A stretch of 64,000 bases of DNA. Origin: Octopus sinensis. Its lineage: Eukaryota. The first letter of the stretch is position 1, and each line of letters opens with the position of its first letter. Shown here piece after piece: positions 63,831 to 64,000 of this stretch. Below the pieces are notes generated by a model that saw only the letters and a list, made by a program, of their open reading frames with translations, was not told the DNA's origin and ran no database searches. Position numbers and translations under genes: made by a program. The stretch covers positions 102,300,001-102,364,000 of the forward strand of contig NC_043002.1 in the NCBI RefSeq assembly GCF_006345805.1, given 5' to 3'.

Positions 63831-64000
63831 ATAGATCTTGATTTAAAAAAAAAAAACGGGAAAAGGATGTAAAGAAAAAGAGAAAACTTTCATAACTTGT
63901 ATAAATCAACAGTAAAATGGTTTTCTGCTTGAGAAGTGGCGTTCAATGCAGCCATTTCATTATTATCATTTAAATATACATTTTCTTTTTTCATTTTCAT

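Noticed and set aside
1-64000. CRISPR-like or prokaryotic operon structure
   Set aside because: There are no constant repeats with unique equal-length spacers and no dense coding. The tandem arrays have identical cores with microsatellite spacers.

Overview
AT-rich eukaryotic DNA saturated with (TA)n, (CA)n, (TATC)n and (CAT)n microsatellites and with tRNA-derived SINEs. The repeat families look like those of octopod cephalopods; this is an inference from remembered repeat sequences, not a database result. I can support no complete host gene, no genuine tRNA or rRNA gene and no CRISPR array. The window reads as a gene desert or giant intron. Nearly all long ORFs in the track are microsatellite artefacts. 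Supportable coding remnants are all mobile elements: a D,D34D mariner, a D,D37D maT-type transposon, RTE, CR1-like and R4/Dong-like (RLE) LINE fragments, a Penelope-like GIY-YIG ORF, and non-autonomous Helitrons and MITEs. The most notable structures are (i) a 713-bp near-perfect palindrome with a 3-nt loop (14676-15388); (ii) several short, mostly (TA)n-anchored elements carrying minimal type-I hammerhead-ribozyme-like motifs of the kind known from Penelope pseudo-LTRs, one inside an inverted repeat; (iii) further long-arm foldback elements; (iv) a 3' tail shared between the main SINE and the CR1-like LINE; and (v) a few weak candidate exons on the minus strand. Boundaries of old repeats are approximate.
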